This document shows, piece by piece, positions 11,661 to 25,039 of a DNA stretch of 64,000 nt (position 1 is its first letter; every line of letters starts with the position of its first letter). The DNA lies in contig OZ024745.1 of assembly GCA_964016885.1 (NCBI GenBank), positions 36,952,001 to 37,016,000 on the forward strand, written 5' to 3'. The translations under genes and the position numbers were made by a program. The DNA is from Eledone cirrhosa (taxonomy: Eukaryota). The notes below the pieces were generated by a model. The model saw only the letters and a program-made list of their open reading frames with translations. It did no database searches and was not told the DNA's origin.

Positions 11661-14559
11661 ATCAGCAGTATCTATTATTTTAATTTAAAAGAAGCAATAT
11701 AATCACTGCAAAGTACAGACAAAACCCCCAAGTGTAAATAAGACAACCTGCTTCCACATATTTAGAAAAATTTATTTCTTTATAATTATGAAATAAAAAA
11801 ATTAGTATAATATAAAGAAATGGAGATATATTTTTAGTTTAAGGTATTATTTAAAAAAAAAAGATTTTTTTAACCTTTAAGGAGATAGTTAAAAACACTA
11901 GAGTGGGATCAAAATGACTAGTTGAAAGAGATCAACTAAGAAAATATTGTATAAAGATTCAGAGTAAAAGTGGGAGGAAGGGACAGCAAGTGAGAGAGAG
12001 AGGAGAAGTAGAATGAGAAAAAGAGAGGGCGAGAAGAAGAGATGGAAGAGAAACAGCAAGCGAAATAAATAGATTGAGAGAAAAAGTATAATTAAGACAG
12101 AAAAGAACAGTTGGTGCATGTGAGTGCATATATATGTGTAGGGGATATTTACGTATTAAAAAGTTCAAATAATGAAAATTCATTGGGAATGTTCTCGTGA
12201 CGATATAGTAAATTTAGAAAAAGCGTTTCATTGTGAAATAATCACTCCAGATATTTTAGCACCTTATTTGCATAGAATTTAAAGTTGATGAATATTGTCA
12301 ATATCGGTTGATATTGAATGGTGTGTGGAACATATCCTCAAACTTGAAATGGCTCAAGTCCCAGCAACAGATTGAACTCAACTAAAGACAGTCAAGGACC
12401 AGGTGGAGGTGTTTAACTAGATGATAGATTAAGTCTACCGTCCAAATAGAAAACAGTGGGATTTAAACTCAGAATGCAAAAAGCCAGAATAAATTCAGCA
12501 AGGCATCCCATCCAATGCCCTAACCATTCCACCATCCCACCAACCTTGATGGGTACTTTATTAATCATGGAAGCATGAAGGTAAAGGTGATCTCGACAGA
12601 TTTGAACTCAGAATGCAAAAAGCCAAAACAAGTATGTCTAGCCATCACATCCACTGCTCTAATGCTTCTGCCAATTCACCACCTTTGTCAGCAAGTATCA
12701 ATACAATAAAAAGCAAAAGTGTAAAACAAAAAAAGAAATCTGTTAACATGCCATGAGGAATGTCTATGCCTGACATCATTTCAGATAGAAAATTCTTCAT
12801 TAGAGAATAATTCTCGGATGAAGTCTTCTGTTCTGAATGCTACATAATTTTTCTCTCCTCACAGCTAATACTAACAGCTTGTATTTTTTTTTTATCCTAG
12901 TCAGGAGAGAAGGACAGTGTCCATAACTCTTTTCATGAGTCATGGTGACTGGTGGGAGGATGGTATCAGCAACTACTATTCAAGGAGGCCAAGGCAACAT
13001 TTGAACTCAGAAAGAAAGGAGCCAAATCAGTTGCCTTGTTGTATCCTATCTAATTTTTTAACAATTCCACCAGTTCCCTGCCCATGACTAACACTTTATC
13101 AACCCCCTGAGGAATAAAGGGTAAAGTTAAGTAATTATTAGCAAAATAAGGTCTACTGTGCTTGCTCTCTTACTTAGGCTAACACAGAAATCTTATTGGA
13201 GTCACTCAACTTTCTCATCTTCTCAAACAGCTCCCTTCTCCAGTTTTATTTATCTATTTCATATCTCAAATTGGTGAAGAATGGTGCCATACCTTAGAGG
13301 GCTCTAAAGGGCCAAATTACTGGCACACTGTATTTCTGACAGAAAGTGTGACAAGGTAATGCCTGCAATTTGATGCAGAACAAGTATCACAAATATATTT
13401 TACCATACAACACCCAATTTAATAAGATAGACATGCTTAGAGAATTGGAGCGACTAAGATAATTCAGCTACCACAAATACATCAGATAACAACACACAAA
13501 TTTTATCTCTCTCTCTCAGACACACACAAATTGTCTCTCTCTCACACATACACACATACAGCTTCTCTAACAATTTATAACAACCACTTCAACTATGTAT
13601 ATAGAGAACAGGGAATGATGTAAAACAGAAAACACAGTAGGCAAAGAATTTTCTTGATATATATATATACACACACATACACATAACAAAGATAAGGAGT
13701 GGAGTATGAGTCATCTGCAGTGCAGCAGTATTGGTCACCAGTAGGTGATATCATAAAACAGTGAATCATTAAGTGAAACCATAAAACAGTGAATGTTACA
13801 GCAATAAATTCTTTATGGATTGACTGTAAATCAAAAAATATCCTTCTACGTGGTCATTTAAGCTGTTAGAAATAGCTACCAAATCTCTTTCAAATCCCAT
13901 CACTATCTTAGTATGACACCACCACCAGTATCACTACTACTAACTAGTACTAGAGATCAGAAGCTTTATTTCTCTGCAACACTTTCCCGGTAGAAAGAAC
14001 TGAACGAACATTACTTTGAAGATGTACAGATGTGCAGTTGCTGTGTTGGTGACGTGCCAAAATGTTGTCATTCAGTATTTTTTAATTTAAGATATTTGTG
14101 CTCAAAGCTTCAAACATTCTGCTCAGTGGATGGGAAAAATTAAAGGGAACACTGGACCGGACAAAAACAAAATCTTTAAAAACATGGATACTTTGGATAT
14201 TGTGATCCTAGCTCCCTTGTGTTTACGGAAAAGATGGGATGGTCATAGATGTCTATGATTATAAGCCTGCTGAATCAGTGCTGACATGGGTCTAAACAAC
14301 AACAACATGTTCAGATAGACAGAGCAATAAACATGCCTAAACATAGAGAGATATGCAGGACAACAAAAAGTAAGCTAAAAGAAATAACTCAAATAGGTCA
14401 ATGAATTTAGTTAATTAGATTGGGTCATTCAGTACATCAACACCTACCTGAATTTTATAGAGATAGTATAAATGACAATTAAAGAAACATTAAATAAATA
14501 GGAAAGCAAGAACATCAGATAGATAGATAGATAGATAAATCTACTATGACAGACATTCA

Positions 14560-15210
14560 TTCTCTCAAGGAACTGTGCAGTTCACTGTACATGTGAGTGG
14601 AGTTCCACTCACAGTTGAAAAGTTCAAGTATCTTGGAATCATGTTCACAGTGATGCAAAACATGGGGCTGCAAAAATTGCATTACTGTACCAGCTTCAGC
14701 ATCTGGTCATCAGAAGAGTAAAAGAAGGTGTAAAAGAAGGTGTAAAAGCCAAACTCGCTATCTTCAATTCGAAGTTTGTGCGAGCCCTTACCTATGGTCA
14801 TGAATCTTGTGTAATGACCAAAAAAATATGTCCTTGAATACAAAAGGCTGAAATGGGGTTCCTTCGAAGGGTCTTTGGAGTTACATTACTCGATGGAATG
14901 CATAACTCGGAGATCAGAGAATTGCTCCAGGTAGAGATCACAGCTCACATACTATGGACATGGGGTTAGAATGTCTAAAGAAAGAATTGCTGGGCAGATT
15001 TTATGGGCAAAACCAACCAGCAGAAGACCCAGAATTAGACACCGAGGAAAATGGATAGATAACATCCATGAGCTTGGCTAGTCTCCCTTGGGGATCCAGC
15101 CAGATCAATTGGAGATGATTGCATCTGACAGGACCCACTAGGTGTGCTTGAGGACTCTTCCCCTATGCCCCTGCCAGAAAAGAAGGAAGGATGGCTAGAT
15201 GGATGGACAG
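14560..15210 (+). mobile_element. Decayed 3' portion of an older RTE-type LINE (related pieces at 27590-27920 and 34540-35520)
   Basis: VEKFKYLG, LTYGHES and AEMGFLRRV remnants; near-identical agattttatgggcaaaaccaacc...gggatccagccagatca segment also at 35326-35470. Confidence 0.7.
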
Positions 15211-15952
15211 ATTAACAGATAACCAACTGGACGAAGGGGTCTCATACACAAAACAGAAAAACAAATGGCCTATATATATATAGGCAGCATCTAAATAGAT
15301 AGACAACATGTAAATATAGACAAGAGTGATAGACATTTACAATGAGTGGTATGTAGATAATGTATATAAACAATGGGATGACAGAAATAGTTGGGCATAG
15401 GATTTAACTGTTCACAAATTGCTACATGTAAATGAATTTAAATAAATAAAAGCAGTATAATTATGAAACTTTTTGATACCCTATTAAACTTTTTGATACC
15501 TAACTGCCTGAAACGATCCCTGGTTCTATGATATAAAACGGCACATTTTAAAGTGTTCATACTTATAATAAAACCTTCCATCATAACTTTATATAAGAAT
15601 GTTTTGTTAAGTAATGCTCCAAACATCTGCTTAATAATGAGAAAGTTATATCATTAAACTCTCCAATTTTTTTTTTTATTATTTTCAAAATTAATTAAAA
15701 CAAATTGAGGCATGTAACGTAATGTACACATTTTCCTACCATTTCCACACTCCATTCGTATCCAGTCCAACCCTCTGACAATTCTATAGCATTTTCTCTT
15801 CCCCGAATCCAATCTTGCCAAATCCTAATGTAGTTTGTCGTATTTCCCAAAACAAATCTGTATTTTTTGTTATTGCTTGTTAAATACGAGGGTTTTTGTC
15901 GTATTAAACAAAACAAATCTTGTATTTTTGTTATCGCTTGTTAAATACGAGG

Positions 15953-18900
15953 ACCTCATTCAATCCTTACCTTCTCGCTAACTACCCAACACCCCTCCCT
16001 CCCGCCCCCACGCACCACCATTATTATTACGTGTACCAATCATAAGCCAGAGGCCTATACTATCGCTTACCTGGTTGCCTTTCGATATATGATGGATGGA
16101 TGGACTACAGAATTCTGGAGAGTGGAAGAGAGAAAAATTTGGACGCTCAGCGACAATGCCAAAGATAAAGACAAATTCACCTCGTGGATGAGAATGCGAG
16201 CACTCCTCTTTGTTTCGGCCGCGGATGGCTAACATAACCCCATCTCCCCCCGCTCCCCACCGCTCCCACCCTCCAAACGCAATCCAAAACTTCAGAGTTG
16301 GTACCATGAATGTAGGCACCTTAAAGGGTCGCTCTAACAAGGTTGTAGAAATGCTCGAACGTAAGGAGGTCAATGTTTGTTGTATTCAAGAGACCAGGTG
16401 GAGGGGTGGGTCTGCTAGATTCATTGAGGGTAAAAAACGATGCTATAAGCTTTTCTGGGTGGGAAATGACGATGGGCTGGGTGGAGTAGGAATCATGGTA
16501 GCAGAAAAGTGGGCAGATAAGATAATAGACGTAAATAGAGTGAACGACAGAATAATTAAAATAAGACTTGTCCTCAATAGAACTACGGTGACAGTAATAT
16601 CTGCGTACGCACCCCAATCCGGACTGCCCGGCACTATAAAAGACAGATTCTATGAGACACTGATGCTCACTACCTCCCAAATAACCGACAGTGACTATAT
16701 AATTATTGCAGGCGACCTAAATGGTCACGTTGGACAACATTGTGACGGCTACGACGAAATCCATGGAGGCTATGGGTTTGGTACTAGAAATGAGGAAGGC
16801 TCCAGAATCCTGGAATTCTGTGACGCAAATAACCTAATTATCTGTAACACTAACTTCAAAAAACGTGACAATCACCTGATCACCTATAGATCCGGGGAAC
16901 ACACAAGCCAGGTAGATTATATCCTTACCAGAAGACGTGACAGAGTGTCTGTTGTAAACACTAAATCACTCCCCCATGAAGAATGCACCTCCCAACATAG
17001 ACTGATAATTAGCGACCTAATAGTCAGGACAAGACGTACTAGACAACAGAAGAGGACTATCCTCAGGAGAAAAATATGGAAGCTAAAGGACCCCACCGCC
17101 AGAAATAAATTTAAAAGCATACTACTTGATGCTTTCGACAGTAAGGAAGAGCAATTAGAGTCGTACAATATAGAGGAGCAGTGGGAATTCCTGAAAGCAA
17201 ACCTGCTGATGGCGGCAGACGAAGTCTGTGGCTGGAGCAGGCCTGTAGGCAGGAGGAGAGTAAATGGTGGTGGAACAGTAAGGTGGAGGGGTCAATTAAG
17301 GCCAAAAAGCAGGCTTGGAAAGTATGGCGGGATGGGAGAAGTAGAGAAGACTATCAACTGGCCAGGAGGGAAGCTAGGAGACAAGTGTACTTCGCAAGAA
17401 GGGAAGCAGAGGAAAGAAAGTTCAAGCATGTTCTACAACGCGAGGACCAAAAATGTGAGGTGTTCAGGATTGCTAGGCAATGTGTCAAGGAAAACCGTGA
17501 TATTGTCGGGGAGAAGTGCGTACTTAATGATGACGGCGTACTTGCCATCACCGACGCTGATAAGAAGGTAGCCTGGAAGTGTCACTATGAAAGGCTACTA
17601 AATGAGGAGAATAAATGGGAGAAAGACAGTCTCCCCCACATCGACCCAATAGAGGGACCAGCAGTGTTGGTCGAGGGTAGTATAATAAGTAAGGCCTTCG
17701 GAAATAGTTGCTGAGATGCTGAAGGCATCTGGCACGGTGGGACACACCATGGTCACCCGGATAGTTAACCAAGTCGTACAGAATGGGGTTGTTCCGAAGG
17801 ACTGGCGTAGCAACATCATCGTTAACTGTTATAAGGGTAAAGGAGATGCCCTAGATAGGAGTAACTATAGAGGCATTAAATTAATCGACCAGGTCATGAA
17901 GGTCACGGAAAAAGTAATAGCGCAACTAATCAGAGAGAGAATTGACCTAGATGAAATGCAGTTCGGGTTTGTGTCAGGCAAAAGTACCACAGACGCTCTT
18001 TTCATTGTACGACAACTACAGAAGTACCTAGCTAAAAGTAAACCCCTATACTTAGCTTTTGTCGACTTGGAGAAAGCCTTCGACAGACTCCCCCGTTCCA
18101 TTATCTGGTGGGCTCTTAGAAAACTAGGTGTCGACGAATGGCTTGTGAGAGCTATACAAGCCATGTATAAAGAAACAGTCAGCAAGGTTAGAATTAACAA
18201 CGAATATAGTGAAGAGTTTAGCGTAAAAGTTGGCGTCCATCAGGGCTCTGTTCTCAGCCCCCTACTATTTATTATTGCCCTTCAGGCTATAACAGAGGAG
18301 TTCAAGACCAGCTGCCAATGGGAACTCCTATACGCAGACGACCTAACACTCATAGCTGAATCAATGGCCGAGCTAGAGAAGAAATTCCAAACATGGAAGC
18401 ACGGCCTAGAATCAAAAGGCCTTAAAATTAACCTGGCTAAGACCAAAGTTCTAGTTTGTAGGAAAGAAAATAAGGCGGCGGTCCCTTCCGGGAAGTGGAC
18501 ATGCTCAGTGTGTAGGAAATGCGTAGGTAGAAACTCCATTTTGTGTCAGAAATGCAAAGTATGGGTGCATAAAAGATGTAGTGGGATCACAGGTAAGCTA
18601 ACTAAGAACATAGATTTCACATGTGGCCGGTGCTCTGGTGCAATAAGTAGCAGCAAGTGCCCACAAAATACTAGCTCTTTCAACTGCGCAGAGGGCTCTA
18701 TAGAAATAGTGGACAGCTTCCGTTACCTGGGTGACAAAATCAGCAGTGGGGGAGGGTGCTCTGAAAGTACAGTAGCTAGAGTCAGAACTGGATGGAAAAA
18801 GTTCAGAGAGCTTATACCACTATAAGCCGCTAAAGGGTTCTCCCTAAAAATGAAAGGCAGGTTGTACGATGCCTGCATACGAACAGCAATGTTGCATGGC

Positions 18901-19674
18901 AGTGAGACCTGGGCATTGTGTGCAGAGGATATACGCAGACTAGAGAGGAACAAAGCTTGCATGCTCCGCTGGATGTGTAATAGTAATATACGTGAACGGC
19001 AAAGCATAAACGAACTAAGGAAAAAATTAGAAATAAGAGGGATCAGATGTTGTTTACTCGAGAGAAGGCTACGTTGGTATGGACACGTGATGCGCATGAA
19101 AGTCGATAGCTGTATAACAAAGTGCAGGGCAATAAAGATAGACGGTAGCCACGGAATAGGCAGACCTAGAAAAACCTGGGACGAGCTGATAAACTCCGAC
19201 CTCACACACTTACACCTCTCCAAGACAATGTCACTGGACCGAGACCTTTGGCGGTACTCAGTAATAGAGAAGACCCGCCTTACCTAAATACATAGTAAAA
19301 CCTACTACAGTCAGTAGGCATCTCTAACAAAATACACCCCCGTCCCACCACCCTCACCCCATCCACACCGCCCCTTTCTATGTAAAGTTATGTTGGTGCC
19401 ACACCATCCAGGCCGAAACAAATGAGATCGTGTAGGTGTCACGACAAAAAAACACACAGTCCACGCTGTAATGTGGCCGTGTAGGCAACACGGTAAAAAC
19501 CTCCCAGACCCACACTGTAAATGTGGTTGGTGTTAGGAAGGGCATCCAACTGTAGAAAACCTGCCAGACAGTCCTATGCGAGCAAGACAATCACTCTTGC
19601 CTCAAGTGGGAAAACCCCCGTCCAAACCCATGCAAGCGTGGAACACGGACGTTAAACGTTGATGATGATGATGA
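15953..19674 (+). mobile_element. RTE LINE family A, copy 2 (near full length: APE endonuclease, RT, PHD; disabled)
   Basis: EN motifs GTMNVGTL, CIQETRW, AGDLNGH, SQHRL. Lesions relative to copy 1: 1-bp deletion near 17263, 35-bp deletion near 17695, in-frame 3-bp deletion, nonsense TAA at 18823. One 112-bp 3'UTR unit; (GAT)n tail. Confidence 0.95.
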
Positions 19675-20507
19675 GGCGCCTTTCATTAGAACTATAGTAA
19701 CAAAACTACTTATCCATTTTAGCAAAATAAAACAATACAGATGTTTAACAGGCAACAGATAAAAGGACATCATAGTGACATAATACAGTGAATGTGGGAG
19801 TCCACATAGAAATTGGATGAATGAAAAAAGTGATGAAATACATAATATAGATATGTGATAGAATCAAAAAAAGGAAAACATCGACCTTGAATCAATCAAG
19901 TAACCCCACAGATCCAGTATTAACCTGACTCCCAAACATAAGTATCCACTCCAAGCTGTTAGCCCTGGGTCAACAGGCATATGCTGGGAGTAGGCCAATA
20001 TACTCAGGCTTCCATTACCACTCTCATTGACCTTTTTACTGGCAAGAAGCACCTCTTTCTCGTTTTACTATTACATTCCTCTCCAAATGGACCTTGAAAA
20101 TGATGTGGGCTCAGCCATCAAGGAATGTTTCAGCCACATCCATCATACAAACTCTTGGACCATAACTACCAGAGAAAAGAAACCTGCCTGTTCTTCCCAG
20201 CCAAAAGACAGCAAGACAATCATTATGATGGACTTGTCTAATAGCAAGATTTATCGTACAATGGTTGTTTTACAAAACTCCACAAATCAACAATGCTCAG
20301 GCATTGAATGAGAGACTGCACTTCATGCTTACAGAATTTATTCCAAACTGGCAATGCTCCACAATAGCATTTCTAGGCCAGGGATTTCAAGAAATTATCT
20401 ATAGTCAACAGGCTGAAAATTCTTTGGGGCAGGCCAGCCAGTTGATTTTTCTCAATGCCTAAATTTTCTACACAAATGCCATCACTTTTTCCCACTATTA
20501 GTCATTT

Positions 20508-20761
20508 GTGTGTGTGTGACAGCTCACACCTGTGCAGGTTTAGCTGGCCTCCTCCAAGGTATATCTCATTGGAGGTGTCTTCGGTGATTTAATGATAGGG
20601 ACCCCAGTCCTATCATCTCATTTCTACAGCTGAGTAAACTGGAGCAACGTGAAATAAAGTGTCTTACTCAAGGAAACAACCCATCACCCGGTCCAAGAAT
20701 TGAACTCACAACCTTTCGATTGCAAGCCCAATGCTCTAACCACTAAGCCATGTGCCTTCCC
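20508..20761 (-). mobile_element. tRNA/CORE-type SINE (family A head) with (CA)n tail
   Basis: A box TGGCTTAGTGG, B box GAGTTCAATTC, CORE-like CCTTGAGTAAGACACTT...CTCAGCTGTAGAAATG; 10-bp TSD TTAGTCATTT at 20498-20507 and 20762-20771. Confidence 0.85.
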
Positions 20762-20779
20762 TTAGTCATTTATATAAAG

Positions 20780-21960
20780 ATAACACAGAAGTTCCACTGA
20801 GGGCATTGTGCAATTGGTAGATGGCTGTTGTCACCAGACAACATTCCAGATAACCAATACCTAGCTTTGGTCTTTGCTTGACCCTGGCAAGGCTGCAGAT
20901 TCACCATAGAAACGAACTGTGGAGAGATGAACCTGACCAAAAGCAAATTCACCTGCTTATTGTACAGGAATCTCTGCTAACACCCAAACCTCAGCATATA
21001 TCTATGCATCATCAAGCACAAAATACTGACCCCACTTCACAGAGGGAGTTGACAGTAGATGACCAGTGGAACATGACCCTTCAACAAGAAACCAAATGAG
21101 CAGTTGATGTACACATTTGCCATCTCTATCCAACTATTTCAGGGGCAGCTCCCTTACAGCTCATTTCTAGGTGAGATTAGCTAACCTGCTTGTAACCTCA
21201 TCCAAGTGTCTATATATCTGAAGGGCTGGAGAGAACTAGACCCCAAGCAACTTAATCTGTCCAGTGCCTCACAATGTTCTCTGCAAACCCACTGACATGT
21301 CCAGGTTAATTTTATCTCATTACCACCTTGTATTCCTCTAGAACAGTGCCAAACACCTCTACCACCATAGGGTCTGACACCATTATGATGACATTGTCTG
21401 TATATGTTGACATGGTTCTGTTGAGTCCCAGTCCAAATACCTCTAGTTCCGGCATCAGTGGTTTGAGAGTCAGTACATAGACTGTGCAAGTGATTCAATT
21501 TCCAATACATTACAATTTAGTCTGACCTCTAAGCAAATACCACTAGACATTATAGTGATCCAACCACTGAAAAAAGGTTTGAAACTGGCTGCCCTGAAAA
21601 CAGCCAAGTATTGACAGCCGACCTTATCAAAATGTTTTGATTGATCTAAATTTAACTTCAAACTGAGCCCCATTAAATTTAGGCTTGATACCCAACCACA
21701 CTACAAGGTATCACAAGAGATGAAGGTTGTCATGGATAGATATGCCTAAGATTGCAAAAATTAGCCTACCACACTACCAACAACAAATGCCACTAGCACT
21801 TTGGTCAAAATCTGAGACACTACATTCAGCAGAGTTATAGACTGGAGATTATCAATAATGATTCCATATTTATGTCCTTCTTTATAAATGCTATCACTCC
21901 CCAGCTGACTGAACTGGGAATTCTCAAGTGCTGAAAGTTGAAGTCAAGATTGACAAACAA
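20780..21960 (-). mobile_element. Highly decayed L1/Tx1-like RT remnant (probably extends to about 19870)
   Basis: LNLDQSKHFDKVGCQYL resembles the L1/Tx1 RT motif LDQxKAFDRVxHxYL; many frameshifts. Confidence 0.45.
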
Positions 21961-22479
21961 GTTTGGCCCATACATCGATTTTCGGACATGATAACGCCTC
22001 TAATGCTGGTGCGATATTGCCACGATAAAATGTTCGCAATACTATCTGTCGTGATTGACATTAAGAAAGGCATCCAGCTGTAGGAATCATGTCAATACTG
22101 GAATGGTTTCTAATTTAGGCACCAGGCCAACAATTCTGGGGGAAAGGGGAAAATTGATTAAATTGCCCAGTGCGTTACTGGTACTTTATTTTATCGACTC
22201 CGTAAAGAAGAAAGACAAAGCTAACTTCGGTGGGATTTGAACACAGAACATAAAGGGATATGACTATGCCGCGAAGCAAGGTGTTCGACGCTCTACAATA
22301 CTGCCAAAACTGGAATGTATATAAGCGCGACACCACCCTCAGTCCGTATAGGAGGACAGTAGCTTCGACTGTGTACTAACTTAGTCTCTAACAACTCATT
22401 TAGCATATAAAGGGGGATACATGATGGTGATAACCATTTTCCGTCGATCGTATCTCAGATGCTGTTGTCGGCTTGATGC

Positions 22480-24200
22480 GACATTTGACATCTGCCGAGA
22501 AGTAAGTATAAAAGTACCCTACCACCTCGGGTTCATCACCATTAACACTTGCGTCGAACAGTCATAGTAAGTGCCACCGAAAAACCGTTTGATATATTCT
22601 TAGTGTGCACCCTTCGCCGATGTATATCACTAACGAATATTAACATCAGCAAAACAGCCGAAGAACCGGTGCTTTTTAACTAAGTCTCTTATAATATTTG
22701 TTCCGCCCGAGTTGTACGGACGTTTACCTGTCACTCTTGCTGTCCTAAATGCAAAGAATCAGTGATTGCTCCGTTGTAAACAACAACCAGGATATTGTCC
22801 ACAAATTGCGATATAAGATGAATTTATAAAAATAAACATTGAAATTTTTAATTCTTTTATATCCGGTCATTTCCATTTTTATTTATATCAAAGGCAAACC
22901 ATCAGTTATTTTTAAGGTTTATTATTAAAAAAATGTCATGGGTGTACACACTGGTATTGCTGAAAATGAATATGTATATGACGACGGAGTATACTAAATG
23001 CACGCCAGTTTTTAAACGTGTTCGCGGCACCATATGCTGGACACAAGCATGAATGTCTGTTTTACAGTACACTCTTACCCTAAAATAACAGATATGACAA
23101 CATAATTTTTTTTCATATTATCTTACATATTTACTAGAGTGCCAAGATAGTTATATTGTCGTTGTTGTTATCGTTGTTCAGCCCTTTTATTAATCATATT
23201 AGAGCAAACCTGTGATCAAAAGTATTTTCGTCGTGACCATTCCATTTATACGTATATCAAGGACTCCATTGTCCAATGTATCCCTCCTATTTTAAAAGAG
23301 TAAGGCGTTGCGATATGAAGGAGAAAATTAGCTGGCGATACTTGCATATAACTATATCTGTAGCCTAGTCTATATATATATATATTGTTTATTAATAAGT
23401 ATAACTATATATATATATATATATATATAGTTATACTTATTAATAAACAATGGTTTATTAACCAACATTTACTGGTTCATGTAAATAGTCTATGAACTTT
23501 CATTCCAGTTGTGTCAAAGTATGGACGTGTATGTGCACGTTTTTGAACGAATTAATGATATTAAACCACTTCGCCAATTAATAAACCTAAGATATAACAT
23601 TATGTGTGAATATATATATATATATAATTACGTTCAATTATAGTAACCACATACACAATACAAATACAAAACCAATTAAGATCAATTTTTAACGATACAA
23701 AAAGAAAAACAAGGAAATGATAAGAAATAGTTAAAATGGTCCTCTTACCTTCGGTTTTAAATAAGAATTAGAAGAAATATAATCCGAGAAATTTAGAAAC
23801 AAAGTGAAAATTTCCGGGTGTGAAATATATCTATTTGTATTACGGACTGTCGTAATAAAGCAAATAATATCAACGTTACCATAAAGTAACAGACTCACCT
23901 CTAAAATAAAGGTTTTTATTCACTTTAAAGATTTTTCTTAAAGTATATTTTCAATAGTTCCAAGAAGAAAAGAATTTATTTAAATATTACATTGATTTCA
24001 AAAGTATATTTTCTGTTTCTGGTGGTGCACGACACACAACACAAATTTCGGATTAAACAAATTTCTGCTTTACGGAAGCTCAAAAGGGTCGAAATATTAT
24101 TGGTTATAATCTCGGTTCGTTCACAACATACAACTTTATAACTGATTGTAGAAACCAAATACTTTCTCAAGTTAATATATGTGAATATTTACTTTATATA
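22480..24200 (-). promoter_or_regulatory. Candidate APH1 promoter and non-coding first exon region
   Basis: CpG-retaining unique DNA with minus-strand donors CAG|GTAAAC (22727), AAG|GTAAGA (23748) and GAG|GTGAGT (23898); the first coding exon has acceptors upstream of its ATG. Confidence 0.4.
23384..23451. repeat. Perfect 68-bp palindrome centred on (TA)12
   Basis: attgtttattaataagtataac-(TA)12-gttatacttattaataaacaat; the arms are exact reverse complements. Confidence 0.95.
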
Positions 24201-24327
24201 TTGAGTGCTCATTAATATATGTGTGTATGAGGTGGTTGTGCTAAGTGGTTAAGTTATTCGTCAGTTCGATTTTAAGAATTACGTTAAGGGCACATATACC
24301 TACGTAATGCTAAAAGACACGTAAATT

Positions 24328-24644
24328 TCCTAAGCAAGGTAAGGACCTCCTTCAGTCACGAATGATCATGAGATTTGCACCTAGAAAGTTCCCTTTCGAG
24401 GCATAAGTCCGAGCAAGGTTATTTGTGGAAGACCAGCAGTCACTCATGCATACCCATCTCCCCTTTCCACACCACTTATGTTGTCCAAGCGCAAGGCAAA
24501 GTCTATACAACTTGGCACCAGTGACGAGCAACGTGAAATGAAGTGCCTTTCTCAAGGACACAATACATCACCTGGTCCAAGAATCGAACTTACAGCCTCT
24601 ACGGTTGCAAGCTCAAAGCTCTAATAACTAAGCCATGCGCCTTC
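24328..24644 (-). mobile_element. SINE with family-A tRNA/CORE head and a different 3' tail
   Basis: Head matches the 20508 and 36369 copies; the tail (ggtgcaaatctcatgatcattcgtgactgaagg, ccttaccttg) is unrelated to RTE-A. Confidence 0.75.
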
Positions 24645-25039
24645 ACACGCACGCATATATTAATTAGCTTAATTAAAAAAAACAAGTGGGCTTGTATTAA
24701 TATAGAACTCGGTGCATGTGTAAATATATCAAATACTGTTCCATACGATCGTTTCGATGTTGCACCATATACGACTGGCAACAGTTCCTTGGTGAAACAA
24801 ATATCTTCTACATGTCACACGATTTTTCTTTTTTGTTGTTTTTTCCACAAAGGAAATGTTGATATAAGTTGGCCAGTCACTTATAACTTACAACATTTTA
24901 ACAATAAACAATAACGGAAATCCCCATATATGTCACGGATATTTTAATACCTATTTGAGTTTATCGTTAGAGCATACAGTGATCTAATATCTTTTAAAAT
25001 AGAACGAGGCAAACTTTGTGTGTTGGTTGCTTCCTTGGT

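Noticed and set aside
11898-12183. Leu/Phe-rich membrane-protein-like ORFs (similar cases at 38292 and 53171-53475)
   Set aside because: Low-complexity GA/CT or GT-rich DNA with no motif or splice support.
15953-16230. HDV-like ribozyme in the RTE-A 5'UTR
   Set aside because: I could not assemble the nested P1/P2/P3/P1.1 pattern by eye; an Infernal or RNArobo search would be needed to exclude it.
16210-19287. Active autonomous LINE, or programmed frameshifting between the RTE-A ORFs
   Set aside because: The breaks are copy-specific deletions and nonsense changes that differ between copies; no copy in the window is intact.
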